Of a stretch of DNA of 64,000 nt, positions 24,976-38,217 are shown one piece after another. The translations under genes were made by a program, and so were the position numbers. The stretch is from Lama glama. Taxonomy: Eukaryota. Below the pieces are notes generated by a model, which was not told the origin of the DNA, made no database searches, and was given only the letters and a program-made list of their open reading frames with translations. The stretch is taken from positions 37,698,001 to 37,762,000 of the forward strand of contig CM052818.1 in NCBI GenBank assembly GCA_028534125.1. Reading direction: 5' to 3'. Numbering within the stretch: the first letter of the stretch is position 1; each line of letters starts with the position of its first letter.

Positions 24976-25221
24976 TTTTATTGAAGTGTGGTTGATTTAC
25001 CATGTTAGTTTCAGGTGTATAGCAAAGTGATTCAGTTATACATATATATATATATTTTTTTTTTTCTTTTCAGATTCTTTTCCATTATATATTATCATAA
25101 GAAATTGAATATAGTTCCCTGAGCTATACAGTAGGTCCTTGTTGCTTATCTGCTTTATATATAGTAATGTGTGTATTTTAATCCCCAACCCCTAACTTAC
25201 CCTTCCCCACCTTTGGTTACC
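24976..25221 (-). mobile_element. Artiodactyl-type L1 3' end, 5'-truncated
   Basis: TTTTATTGAAGTGTGGTTGATTTAC...GTGATTCAGTTATACATATA...GAATATAGTTCCCTGAGCTATACAGTAGGTCCTTGTTG. Candidate TSD CAAATTCCT (24957-24965 / 25222-25230). Confidence 0.88.
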
Positions 25222-26039
25222 CAAATTCCTCAGTAAAATCAATATATCCATAGAAACTGGCACTTGTATTGAGAGAATGAAACACTGGGCCCTTAAAGAG
25301 AGCACGGCCTGTCCTGTATTCTTTTCTGATTTTGAAATCTGTGAGGAAGGAGTGACATCTTGTTGAGGAAACTGTGATAGAGAAGTTCTGGGTGGTTGCC
25401 AAGATTAGTAACCCGAAGGAATCTGGGCAAAGCATGTGTTCAGAAGCTCGCTATGGAGATGAGTATCAGCCCAAGGATGCAACTCAAGGGCTGAAGAAGA
25501 CAACTCCCTTTCTCAAATACTTTACAGGAAATGTACCTTTTACCACCAAGATTATACTTTCCTATACATTTAAAAGGCAGTGACAGCAATATTTAGTCTT
25601 TTGTCAAGTGTTACTTTGCAGATGTGATGAACTCTCATTACTGACCTTAAGAAATATTGAGACACACAAGATGATTTTTCTTCTTTAAAAAGTCCGAGAC
25701 TGGGGTGCTTTGGGGATCTGCATTGATTTCTCCTCTTGGCTTACCTATTGCTATCAACTCTCAGACCACTTCTTTCCAGATAGTAGGTATCCCCATAGAG
25801 ATTGATTCCTTTTATCTGATCTACTGGTTCTAATCAGGTATGAACTGGAAGACAAGTAACAGTGAACTAGAATAAGAGAAAATGCATTGTACAGTGTGCC
25901 TAAACAGATTGCTTGGGAGTAAAACACAGCTCAGGGATTAGTTTAGATATCATCTGCTCTGGGCAGGCACCTCTGGCTCCCTGCAGCTCCCCTAACCTTC
26001 CCTACTTGAGCTCCTTGAATCTGTTAACACTGTGCGCTG

Positions 26040-26202
26040 TGTCCATCTGTTTCCTTGGTGATCTCTGTCTGCAGAAAGAACCCATGTTCCTTAAATTCCA
26101 GGATTGGGCTTCTTGTAATCATTATTTATCCCCATCACTTATCAAATAACCTGGCAGAGTGTAGGTTTTCAGTGATATTTTTAGATCAACGAAACGAATG
26201 AA
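26040..26202 (+). mobile_element. L2 3' end
   Basis: TTATCCCCATCACTTATCAAATAACCTGGCAGAGTGTAGGTTTTCAGTGATATTTTT...AACGAATGAA is the L2 tail pattern. Confidence 0.55.
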
Positions 26203-26344
26203 ACATTAACTATCATCTCCCATTCCTATGAGATGAGAAATATGGCATTTAAAAATCATACCCTTCAGATCGCTCCTGTCTCCATCCCTCATGTCCATAA
26301 GTCCACCAAAAAAAATTACTTAAAGTTCCTACTTCTGTAACTTG

Positions 26345-26531
26345 GCATCACTCAGAGCACCCTACAAAGTTCCCGTTTCTAGGCTCCTACAAAAGAGCAG
26401 TTTAATAACATCTCTGTAAACGTGGCCTGTGAGATACTTTTATTTCTTAATGTATTATTTGTTTATTCATTTATTTATTATTTGAATGTTACCAGGTAAT
26501 TAAAATACACAGCCGGGATTGAGAACCACTG
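26345..26531. mobile_element. hAT-Charlie MITE (MER5A/B-like)
   Basis: Ends CCAGGTAATTAAAATACACAGCCGGGATTGAGAACCACTG, a MER5 terminus. Confidence 0.6.
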
Positions 26532-28608
26532 AGTTATCCCACTGTGCTTTATGGTTTCTATGCTTATCACCACGTATTTTGTAGGTACCATTTTTTATCA
26601 TTTTACCGTGAATTCTTTTATTCAGTTCGAGTATTTTTAGTGATTCTTTTTTTTAAAAGAAGTGAATGTTAATGGGAAACTTTAAAACTTTTTTTATGTT
26701 TGATTTTTTTTTGGTTGCTATTAAGTACAAATGAAAATTTGTCTAAATATGCAGTATAATTATTGGTTACAATTTTCTCCCTGATCAACTTATGGAAGTT
26801 TCGGTTGTAGATTTTACTGACCCTGAGGAGAAATACAATATATCAGAGTTGTTGCTACATTTTCATGAGTAACTCCTTTAGCTTAATAAACATAATATCT
26901 CCTTGAAGGTATTTGAACCTAGGAGTTAGGTAATTTCTAACCTTTCTTTGATAAAATAACTTCGCATCTATTTTATTTTAACTCTTTGCAGAGGGTGGCA
27001 TTTGAATTCTTCATATTGATTGCCTACTTTTAAACTATGAACTGTTTTCTTGTGTCTGGCACTTTTTCTCAGCTGGGACTGTTTGTCCAATATTGGGATT
27101 TTGTGTGGAATCTGTCAGAGTTGTGTGAGTTCCTGTCAAATCTCTTAAGCCCCAGCGAAGGGGCAAATGTTGAAACCAGCTATAGCCTTTCTTTGTAAAT
27201 ATGAGTTCCAGGTGCTCATTGAGAGGAGGAAATAAGCTACAGCTGGAGGCAGCCTGACCAGAGAATCACTGCTGGGCCAGAATGATTGTTTCCTTGTGTA
27301 CCCGGGAGACTAAGTCGCTCTTTTAGAAGCCGCCTACAGTTTGCACCTGTGGCCTGAGGAGAAGTTGGGATTCATAGGAGCACACTGCTCTTCTGTTAGG
27401 AAAACACCTTAATGGGCATAGTGCTGGGTGGTCCAGTTCCTCTTGATGGGAGAGACTGACAAAAGAAGGTGGCTAGCTCTGTATGGCAGAGTAACAGGAA
27501 TTAGCGTCGTTCCCTGGAAGATCAAAAAGAGGCAGGGACCATGGAGAAAAAGATGGGTTTTAGAAGAAGGAGCTCTCCCATCTGTCTGGATGGCTTAGGA
27601 CATTCAATACAGCTGTGTCTAGCATTTAATTGTAAGTTGTTCACTGTTAATTGATGGGCTGTAGAACTCTTTCGTCATGATTTAGTCAGTCTTCAGAAGT
27701 CATGTATTATAGACACTTTGGTTGTATTAATGGTGCTTTGGGGAATAAAGACTGTAGCTGGGGCTGGAGTGGCCATTCAGAGGGCCGGTGATGTAAGAGC
27801 TGACCAAGGGAATCAAAGTTTTCTCCACCTCCAGGTACCTTCCAAAATATTCAGGAGGATACTAGACTTCACATACTACAGTATAAGGATACTGGAGTCA
27901 TTTTCACTTCCATTAAAGAGAATGTTCTGAAAGAATTGGAGATGAAAGATTATGCTTGAAAGTGGAAATGACTCAACTCTTTAACTTTTCTGAGTACTCT
28001 AATTAAACAATTACTGTGATGCTCCCACTTCACCCAAGATGTCGTTAAGGCCATGGGTTCGCTAGAGTTGAGTCTTCAGGACCCAAGACCCAGGACTATA
28101 CTGCAGCTGATAATTCTCAGATTCCATTTGTTGCTGTCAGATCCTGTCATTCTGATTTAGGAGGTATAAGTATGGTTCCTCTGGGGACTCCATTCACCAC
28201 CCCAGATAGGCTTTTTATTCAGATGTTATAGGTTTTACAATGTTCGTCATAAAATTCTATCTGTTGTAAGCTGTGATATGTCTTCTAGGAATTTTTTCTC
28301 CTTTCTTTAATGGAACTCTCCCACACTGATCATTTCATTTTATGCTTTATTTTACATTCCTATGAATCTGAGAGGGCAACTGGATAGCCCAATTTGTCTC
28401 TCATACATTTAGATTACTTCTTGTTTTCATGAGGGAAGTTTCAAAATTTTGTTTGTTGAGTTGTTTTTTTTAAAATGACTTTCTCTTAAATGTGAACAGA
28501 AAATATTGTAACTGTTGTTGTGCCATTTAATTAGTTTGCCATCCTTAATGCCTTGGGAGAGGAATAGGAAACGGTAAGGTACTGATGAATTCATTCTGGT
28601 GAGAGACT

Positions 28609-29072
28609 GGTGAATTGTTTTGTATTGCTGCTGTAGCAATGACCATGAACTTGGTGTATCATCTTGCAGGGCTGTGCTCCTTCTGAAGCCTCTAGATAAG
28701 AATCCCTTGCCTTGCCTTTTCCAGCTTGAAGAGGCCCCCTGTGATCCTTGGCTTGTAGCCTCTCCCCTGTCTTCAAAGACTGCATCATAGCATCTTCAAA
28801 TCTCTGTCTCTGCTTTTCTCTCTCCCTTTCATTGACCTCTACTTTTGTCATCACTTCTCCTTCTCTGACTGTGACCCTCCTGCCTCACTTTCATAAGGAC
28901 CCTCTTATTTATTATACTGTGCACACCTGGATAATACGAGATCATGTTCCCATTTCAAGATCCTTAAGTTAATCGCATCTTCAAAGTCCCTTTTGCCATG
29001 TAAAGTAGCATATTCACTGTTATTGGGGGTTAGGGTGTGACTGTCTTTGAGGGGCTATTATTCTGTCTACTA
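28609..29072 (-). mobile_element. MaLR MLT1D/C-like solo LTR
   Basis: GCAGGGCTGTGCTCCTTCTGAAGCCTCTAG...TCTTCAAAGACTGCATCATAGCATCTTCAAATCTCT...ATTTCAAGATCCTTAAGTTAATCGCATCT...AAGTCCCTTTTGCCATGTAAAGTAGCATATTCAC...ATTATTCTGTCTACTA. Confidence 0.9.
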
Positions 29073-30177
29073 GAGTGAATAAAAACTTCATTATCTGCAC
29101 ACAGATACGGGGACGACTATTGAGGCTTGCAGTGAATGGAGAATCCTACCTCAGCATTAAATTATCAGACTTAAAAATTGCTCCAAGGAGTAAGTCCAGT
29201 CCCAGGGAGCCAGTTGACACCATGTAATGAGGATATAGTTGCCCCAAATGAGATGACCTCCAAATATAAGGAATCATTTTGTCAAACACACTACCCTTTC
29301 TCTTACCTCAGTCTTCAAAGATCCAGCCTTTTTCACATAGAATGTTTTATCATATTCCCATATTTCTACTTATCCTTCAGATCTTTAAGTTAATTAATGT
29401 TGAAGCATTGTCAGACGGAGTTTTGCAGGCCTGATGATTTTGGACTACACTTTGTGTGTTAGTACCTTGTAGTCTCTGGAGCTGCTAGCTGAGTAATTTT
29501 AGATGGCTAATAACCTCATAATTAGATAAATAATTGATATGGTTCACTTATCTGCATCTTTACAAATTTATTAATATTCATATTTGAGCTGTAGATGCCT
29601 CTCTGCCCTTTAACTGCCTAGGAGAAAATGTGATCCTCCATAGATTTGGTGAAACGTGCTGGAGAACCCTTGCCAGAGTCCAGGATATGTAAATTAGCTG
29701 TCTTGTTCCAAGGCATTAGCAGCTGGGGTTTTTAATTATTAATGAGATGGTCAGTATCTGCTGTAAGGGGGTGAAACCAAATGAATAGGTTTGGTGTTCA
29801 TGTCATTTAAAATCAATTTATTATTCAAGAATTATTAACCAAAGTAGCTGAGCCACCCAGAAGGGGTCCGGAAGTCAGCTGGCTTTGGTAACCTGTTTGC
29901 ATCGCTAGGCTATGCAGGGGGGTGTGTCCTTGTAGCCTTCTCTTGTGAGCTAGACTATAGTTCATAACATATAATTAATAAGTCACTGAGATACCATCAG
30001 TTGAAATAATAAATGAAAGGACTTTGCAAATGCAAGAGATATTTTTATTATCACCTATCACAAGGTTAATAAGAGAGTAAGCATACAGCTGCTTCATTAA
30101 CAGGAAGAGCATTGTAGAAGTATTAAGTTATAGAAAATTGTATATATAGCTCATGTTAAGTAGTAGAAAACAGTAGT

Positions 30178-30468
30178 TGGGAAGTGGCTGCTGGTGGTTA
30201 CAAGGTAAAAACTTCCAGTCATAAGATAAGCAGGTGCCGAGGATGTAATATACAGCACAGAGTTAATGATACTCTGGTATATTTGAAAGCTGCCAAGAGA
30301 GTAGATCTTAAAAGTTCTCATCACAAGAAAAAAAATTGAAATTACATGTGGTGATCAATGTTAACTAAATTTATGTTGGGAATCATTTCACTGTATATGT
30401 ATATCAAATCATTACGGTGAACACCTAAAACTAGTACAGTATGTCAATTATATCTCGTTGAAAAAAAC
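30178..30468 (+). mobile_element. L1MA9/10-like 3' end
   Basis: CTTCCAGTCATAAGATAAG...GCTGCCAAGAGAGTAGATCTTAAAAGTTCTCATCACAAG...TATGTCAATTATATCTC followed by an A-tract. Confidence 0.85.
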
Positions 30469-32279
30469 TAGCACATTTCAGTTCTAGATGGAAGAAAACA
30501 GTAAACAATTCAAATATCTGATAATTTCTCTTGAATGTACTATCTTACAGCTCCATTTTATCAAGCATAGTTTTTATATCTTTAAAATTTTCATTTATGC
30601 AGTATATTGCAATCTTATTTTAAAAAATAAAGCATAATTTCTAGTTTTTTTTTTTTCTGTCTTACACTTGAATAGAAATTTTCCTGGAAACATCTATGTG
30701 TTTGATAGAAATTATCTTATTCTGTGAAGTAAGATTTTTATATATTTACATATAATACATATGTATTTTCTAAGATTATATATTACATATAAATTTTAAA
30801 ATAAATTTATAAAGTAACTATTACAAGCAGAAAAATCATTGGTATTTATTGCAGAAGATTGGAGAAAGAAATCAGCATTTGCTTTGAATATTTCTTAATA
30901 AATTAGCTTCATGGCCTTAGCATAGAAGTATATAAGAAATGACGTATCTATCCACTCTGTTAATTCAACATAAATTAGTCCAGAGAGATCTGATTAGATG
31001 ATTATCGATTTAGATTATAGAGTTCTAAGGGACAGATAGACCCTATGATATTTCTCCAGAACTCTGAACTGTTCACAGGCAGATGTTTTCAAGTGATCAG
31101 AATGTACGCCGTGGTTCCACATACACCAGTAGGAGTTTGTTTTATGTTATCCGTGACTTCTTTGTGCTTTTCATACATTGGCAACTACAGTAGCGTGAGC
31201 AAAGTTTGCAATTGAAAAATAACATAAAGTGCTCAGAAGGAGGCAGTATAAACGATGTTCAGGAAACAGGACAGATTAACAGGGAGAAAATGTTCACCAA
31301 CATTTATTGTGGGCTCTTTTATTTACTGCTGAAAATGGCATTCCTTGAATTTGACATCTAATTAAGATGATAGAGCAAAATGGTAGATATTATTTTTAGT
31401 GTCTGGATGTTCGTTGTAGATGTCAGTTCAACAAACAAATAAGTGTAGACAAGATCAATACTCACCAATTAGAAACAAGTTGGCCTATCCAGAGAGACAT
31501 GGGCTTGCTAAAGGTGGGCTTGTTAACAAAGGCCACTCATCAGAGGGCCGTGATGCTCTCCTGGTTGGAGACATTTCAGATCATTTGGAGCAAAGATTCT
31601 CCCTGACTATTCACTCTAGTACCATTTTAACTTTTAATCAGTCAGATGATTTCTGATTAGTCAGAAATTTAAGAACTCTTTACAGCCAAGAGAGCAAAGA
31701 TAGGTAATCCGTGATCAGGAACCACGTTGAATGACTGACTTATTAATACCTTAGGCAAGTGGAGTGAGGCAGAGGCCAACTGAATCTAGCAGTGATAGCT
31801 GGTTGCTCAGTGAAGTCATGTAACCACACAGTCTGTGCTCTTGCTGGACATGGGGGAATGGGTAAAAGGCGGCCCTACCAAGGATGCCTCAAACTTGACG
31901 CAAGTGAAGTCCTCACTCCCCACTTCCTATCTTTATAACATTTAGAAATTTTCCTGATTTTCACCTGTAGGAAGACCTAACAATTTGAACTGTTTATCTT
32001 TTTAAGTGGATGCAGAATTAGGTCATCAGACCATACAAATGTGGTCCTAAGTCCATTGCCTTCTGGTATGGAGGGATAGTGGTAAAGTTGAGTGGTCAAG
32101 TTTCACATGGTTGGGTTTTATAGAAGTGGAAATCAGTAGTTATCACCAGTAATCCCAGGCAGGAGGAAGGGATAAGGAGGTGTGCGAGAGATGCTGTATT
32201 CCACACAAGGGGGCCGCTCCAGCTCACCCCAGTGCCTCCAGCCCTCTCCTCTGTCCAGACCTTATTTCAGTGCCCTTTC

Positions 32280-32440
32280 ATGTGGGCTGTGAATTTAAGA
32301 CTTGGAGAGGGACTTAATCTCCCTAATCCATCTGAAAGTAGGAACAACACTCCTATAAGGAGTTGTTGTGATCATTAAATAAGATGCTGCTCTACAACAC
32401 TTTGTGGTCAGAGTTGGGTCATTGAAACTAAATGTGTGTT
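32280..32440 (+). mobile_element. MIR SINE, degenerate
   Basis: GACTTGGAGAGGGACTTAATCTCCC...CATCTGAAAGTAGG...GAGTTGTTGTGATCATTAAATAAGATG. Confidence 0.5.
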
Positions 32441-33096
32441 TCAAGCTGATTTCATGCAATGCTATCAAACTTGCAGTAAGAACTATCAGACTTCTTTTTC
32501 CTCAAGGAAGTCATTTTAAAACTGCCCCAATCCAGTACAGACTGTGTGTTCAATGAGTAAAAGTGATTGGAAATTCAAGACTAATCCTGTAAGAGAAATA
32601 TGTCATTCTTGCTAGCAAGACTGGAGGTGTGAACCTCTCCCTCCCACAAGTGGAGACTGGAGAAGGGTCCGAATTCTGCCAAGTCATAAACTATTTCAAA
32701 GTTTAAATTAAATCTTTTGAAATGAAAAAGGAAGCTTCAAACTAAGTCTGAGGTAGATGCTGTAGAGAACTGAACTGAATAGTTTTGCTTATGAAAGTGA
32801 AGTGTTTTTGTTTCATTTTGTCTTTTCTTTGTTGTCAGACGAATGGGAAAAAGGAGCCAGTAGGGAAAAAGGGGGAAGAGAGAGAGGAGACACTGGGCAA
32901 GAAACTTACCTGATCGGGAAACAGATGCTCATGAGGACAGGGGAGAAACTGATTGTTCCATGCGAAATTTTTGGAGTTGTTAACTGTAAGTCTGCTTTGT
33001 CTCCCCAAGGCAAAATAAATTCTCTTCCCTAAAGAATTAAATTTTACTGTGTGTGTGCACATGCATGAGAGCACAAGGTGGGGTGGATAGGAGAGA

Positions 33097-33153
33097 AGAT
33101 AGGTAGGTAGGTAGGTAGGTAGGTAAATAGATAAATAGATAGATAATAGATAA
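33097..33153. repeat. (TAGG)n/(TAGA)n tetranucleotide repeat
   Basis: Direct reading of the sequence. Confidence 0.9.
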
Positions 33154-33154
33154 A

Positions 33155-33510
33155 ATAGTTACTGTGTTAAGTGCTATAAGGATTTACTCCTGGAATTTTG
33201 GTAGATATTATCAGAGGGTATCCTTCTTTGGGGGGATCTGGTTAGACTTATCTAAGAAGGAAAGGGTTGAGTCTTCAAAATAACAAGGGAATGGAGTTCC
33301 AGGATGAGAAATAGCAAGCACCAAGGCCCTTAGGCAGGTTAAAGAGAACTTGTATTTTAGGAACAGTATGGAACATTCATGAAGGCAGGAAATTGACTCA
33401 AGGAGAGAGTGTAACAAGATGAGGTTGATCTGGTATGTTTATGTGTTTAAAATTTTTTAAAAATTACTCTGGCTACTATGTGGAAAGTGGATTGGATAGG
33501 GGCAGATTAA
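33155..33510 (-). mobile_element. L2 fragment
   Basis: TTCCAGGATGAGAAATAGCAAGCACCAAGGCCCTTAGGCAGG and AAAATTACTCTGGCTACTATGTGGAAAGTGGATTGGA are antisense L2 motifs. Confidence 0.7.
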
Positions 33511-35074
33511 CGCCACTGACACCAGGGTTAATCTTGCATTAGAATATTATTCAAAGTCAACATTCAGGTGTTTAGGAGAGTACATCTTTTTTAATCAGAG
33601 AATAAGCATTCAAAGAATTTTTGAATGAATAATCAAATGAAGATATGAATGAAACAAACATGTGAACAATCATTTAGCTTAACAGTGGTTTCTAAACCAA
33701 AAAAAAAAAAAATTACAGTGTTCTTTCCATAAAAATCTAAAATAGGTTCATGGCAGGTGGAAATTCTGAAGAGGAGATCTTATCAGTAGGAACAGCCCTC
33801 ATGATGAACTGTCAGAATTAATGGAGAGAGTTAGTCATCTCTGATTTTAAGTGGGACAATCTCTGTTAAGCAATATGGATTTTGCCAGTTGAATGAAATT
33901 GTAGTTTTATGAATACCTTAGCCCTAAGTTTGGGGGTTTCTCAATGCTAATGTCAAGTGCAAGCTATATCTGAATCACAGTCTCAGAGCTGTTAAAGATT
34001 CCAGTGTGGGAACATGCTATTTTGTCATTGTGTCATCTGGCATTGTTCTGTGTATCTCAGCACAAAGTGAAAATGTAAAGGGATCATAACTTAGATGATA
34101 AACTGTAGACTTCCAGAAAGGCATTTTAACTGATTTACATCAGTTTTTCCTCTAGGATAGTTATAGTTATTTGATATATCTGTTCCTCAACTGATCAGAG
34201 ATAGCTGGGGGAACATTTCTTTAGCTGTATGCAAATTGACCATGAAATGCAGAACGCCAAGCTATGTGCCCAGAGAATGAGATCTGTTACGAATATCAGC
34301 CATAGAAATATTGATCCAGTCATCAAACAGGGAGCATGCCAAAGACTTTGGAATAACTGATTAGCCAAGTCACGTAGTGGTGTCAGGGCATATACTAAAA
34401 GAACCCTGAGCACTCCTGGCATGGTCAGTAATTGACCAAAAGTAGCCTTATCAGAAATGAATCAAAAATCAATCATTGCTTCATTGCGTAGACACCTAGA
34501 GATGGCGTCATTTAAAGTAGTTGTTTTTTGCAAAATTTCTGAGAGGAAAAATGTAGAACTAAATTAGTTCTCTTAGTTGCTGACAAACTGAGTTCAAAAT
34601 CAAGAAAATTTTTTTTGTTGTTTTCAAGGAAAACAGAATTTAGATTGTCTTATTTTGTGTCATTATTGTATTTTTAGACATTCATGGTCAGTTTGCACTG
34701 AACCTGTGCTGTCTGTGTTTGGAAGGGTTAGAGTGAAATTTCCAGAACCAGTAACTTGAGAACAAGGTATTTTTCCATGACTCCAAGTGAATCAGAACCC
34801 CATCACTAAGCTGCTATAGACGGGCAACAAAGAAGATTCAAACAAAAAGTTGTTTGATAAATGAACTTTAAGGGAAAAAAATATATAATTGATAGGAAAA
34901 AGGAAATTATTTGGGATGTAACCTGTTTCTAAGAATGCAAGTGACTTTTAGACATAATTAACAATGAAATGGATTAAGGTTAACAGACAATGAATTCCAG
35001 AGAGAATATTAGAGCTGATATGTGTCACATCCTTTACTTTTTCTGGAAGTTGTACTAAGTAATTTTTAAACCCA

Positions 35075-35266
35075 ATTTTATTTAAGCCTTATAACAACTA
35101 CATGAAATAAGTACTGTTATTATTACCACCATTTTGCAGATGCAAAAAGTAAAGCTCCCATGTGGTCAGTCCCATGGTACTCAACACATGTGGTAGACCT
35201 TGGCTTTAAACCCTCAAACTTTACCTTTAGATCCTGGACTGTTGTTGACTACCATATACAGCCTCC
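35075..35266 (-). mobile_element. MIR SINE
   Basis: CCTTATAACAACTACATGAAATAAGTACTGTTATTATTACCACCATTTTGCAGATG. Confidence 0.7.
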
Positions 35267-35346
35267 CAATGGTCTGTAGGACATTTTTTTCCTGAACAGG
35301 GAACTGTCACAGGCTGGCTCCAAGAGCACCTGAAAGTTGATTCGTC

Positions 35347-35564
35347 CAGTGGTTCTGTATCAGTGGCAGTTTTGCCCCTTGGGGGCCTCTGGAAATGTTT
35401 GGAGACATATTTTTATTGTCATGATCGGGAGTGGGAGGGTTGCCATTAGCATTTAGTGGGTAGAGGCCAGAGTTCCTGCTATGCCTTCTATAATGTGCTG
35501 AATGTTGCCTATAATAAAGAACTATCTGATTGAAAATGTTGGTCATGCCAGATTGAGAAGGGTT
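35347..35564. mobile_element. hAT-Charlie MITE MER20
   Basis: CAGTGGTTCT...TTTTGCCCC...TGGAAATGTTTGGAGACATATTTTTATTGTCATGA...GCATTTAGTGGGTAGAGGCCAG...AAAGAACTATCTG. Confidence 0.88.
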
Positions 35565-37699
35565 AGCCAATATTTTTCCAAACTGTGCCATGGAATTCCT
35601 GTGTATGAAGAAACATAGGTTTGTGGTTTAAAAAGAAAATAGCTTTGAGATGTGCTGTATATTCTCTTCCCTTTTTGAACAATCTGTGTGAAGATTACAT
35701 TTTAAATCTTATTTTAACGTACAATTTTAAATTCTAAACTGTTCTGAGCAAAGACACCTGCTTACCTGTGTTTGCTCCATAGTTAGAGATGCACAATTGG
35801 GACTGCAAATGGGGATGGTCCTGCCAGTCACAGGTGATTTACCCAAGGAATTGGGAGAAAGAGCCAAAATTTAAGTGCTATTCTTCAGGCACCAACTCTA
35901 GAATCTATGAGATTTTTTTTTTCCAGCAAAGCATGGCTTTACCCTTAATCTACAAATTCGAATACCTAAATCATATGTGATCTAATCAAATGTAATAAAC
36001 CACAAGTTATAAATGCTATTTTAGTCCACTGGTAGATATCAAACAAATTTCACATGTATATAAAGTTTTATTATATGTATCAACACATCCCTCCCAGCTG
36101 AAGGTAGAGAGAGGATAAAAGTGCCTATGGACCCATACAGAGGTTCTGTCTGTAAATCTCTTATCTTTTACTGCTGGGTGTGACAAACAGAGTTAGTGTT
36201 ATAAGCAGGAGGAGGGTTAAAGGCAGATTATGGGTTAACTTCTGCAAGGCTGTTCTTGCTTCCTGGGCTCATCCCTGATGGTTAATCTCTAGGCCTGCCT
36301 CAGCCTTTGCTCTCTTTGGAGAACGGACTGAAACACTATCTTGGTTCCCTCTTTATGTACTGACAACTGTCCCACACTGTCTGTTGGACATGCAGTGTCC
36401 CCTGTGCTCCCTTGAAGGGTTCCTAGAAGAGTAGAAAGTAACACAGCTATTTAACCATGCTTTTCTTGTGTTAAAAGATACAGATGGACCACTTTTCAGC
36501 AAAGTGTAAAAGGACCCCATAAGGAAAAGCAGAAGCCTTGGAATGATATTTTTCACCATGTTCCAGGTTGAACTGGAAGGGAAGTGTCTGCCATGCTGAT
36601 TTCTGACCGTCTCCAGCCTAATGGATGGCTTGGCACACCTCTGGGTTCCTTCAGACTTGGGCACAAGTGCTTATTCCATTCTCATAATGAGATTTAATCA
36701 AGCAAAGCCAAAACCGTGGCTACAAGTTAAACACTCCCCAGGGAGGGGAAGCCAATGACTAGGGGAATAATGAACCTCTATTTAACTTTCAGATTTTGTT
36801 AATAACAGTTTGACTTGAACTGGTTGGAGCTAATTAGTTACTGCAGCTTCTCCATTAGTAGCTTATAAAATGGGACTTACCTTGTGCATGTTAAGCAATT
36901 TTCTCAGTGTGGGTCATTTTAGAGAAAACAGAAGGAAACTAAGTATCTTAAACATGCACCACGATTATTGTATTTTGTGGTGGTCTCCTTTCATGTGAAG
37001 TCTCAAGAATGTCTGCAGATCAAGTTCTGACCACTTCAGAAGCATACACTAAGAGAAGATGATTTGGCTTTATTTTGGTATCAGCCGAGTTAGTTGTGAG
37101 GCATTAAAGGATACAGTTCACATATGTATCTCGTGGAAGGCGACCCAAATATGGTATACATCCTCACATTTGGTAGCAGCATGAAAATTAGGATGCTGTT
37201 GGTCTTGAGTAATGAGTTGGGGGTTCTCCCTAGAACAAAAGATATTCACTATATCCTTAATCTTGTAATGTTTGGCATTATTCCAGAAGCCAACCGCCCC
37301 CACTGCATATATTCTTTCCCAAAATAGTATTCTCCAGTAAAACCAGGGAAGGATCTTGATTACAATACAGCATTTAAAAAACATCAGCTAAAGGATCACA
37401 CAGTATCAGGGCAAGGAACGAGGAAACAGTGATCACAGCCGCAGGCTCCAGTGGCTTTAGAAGCATATGCGTGTGGGAATTATGGAACATGCCCTTGAGA
37501 CCAGAATATTTTCCATCCTAATATGATATTCTAAAGCTCAATGTCACTAGATACAGAATTGAAACTGGAGATGGATGCCATCCAAACTAAAAGTGATAGA
37601 TAAAGGGCAATTGCTATATGCTGTGGATCATTGCACTTGAGGTATGAGGTCTCTCAAACCAGTATCTCCCTTTCATCCCAGGCTGATCTTAAAAACTCC

Positions 37700-37865
37700 T
37701 CAGATCCCTGGGCCTGTTTTCTGTGTTCTGTGTGGTCCTTTCCACGTGTATTTACTTTCTGTGTCTCATCTTTTCAATTTCCAAAGTAAAGATTTGGAAT
37801 CTAGTCTTGCTGGTACTTAGGGTTGTATAATGCATGGAATTAATATGCAGTACAGGCTCTATTAG
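37700..37865 (+). mobile_element. MIR SINE, degenerate
   Basis: TTTCTGTGTCTCATCTTTTCAATTTCCAAAGT...CTTAGGGTTGTATAATGCAT. Confidence 0.45.
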
Positions 37866-38179
37866 CTAGAGAGTTTGATTTTGTCACAGGAAGTGCTCTA
37901 GGCTATTTCAGGTCCTGGCATCTGATGGGGTAGGAATAATAGAGAAACGAAAGGTGAGAAGGGTTGGTCCTGACTTAGAAAGAACACAGTCATTTTCATA
38001 ATTCTATTTACTAAGTAATATTTCTGCATTTGATTTTAAACTACTTACATGCACAAGCATGCAAAGTGGAATAAACTTGGTTCTGATGTTGAAGACTTGC
38101 CTAATGTGTCAGTTCCTTGAAGTCTATAAAACCTTTATTTATACACATTACATTTTAAAATCCAAAATGTGATATATTC

Positions 38180-38217
38180 GTGTTGGTGGTATAGTGGTTA
38201 GCATGGCTGTCTTCCAA
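38180..38217 (+). pseudogene. tRNA-Gly(TCC) 5'-half tailless retropseudogene
   Basis: GTGTTGGTGGTATAGTGGTTAGCATGGCTGTCTTCCAA is 35/38 identical to nt 1-38 of mammalian tRNA-Gly-TCC as I recall it (GCGTTGGTGGTATAGTGGTTAGCATAGCTGCCTTCCAA). It ends in the anticodon loop. Direct repeats TCCAAAATGTGATATATT (38161-38178) / TCCAAAATGTGATAGATT (38213-38230). Confidence 0.9.
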
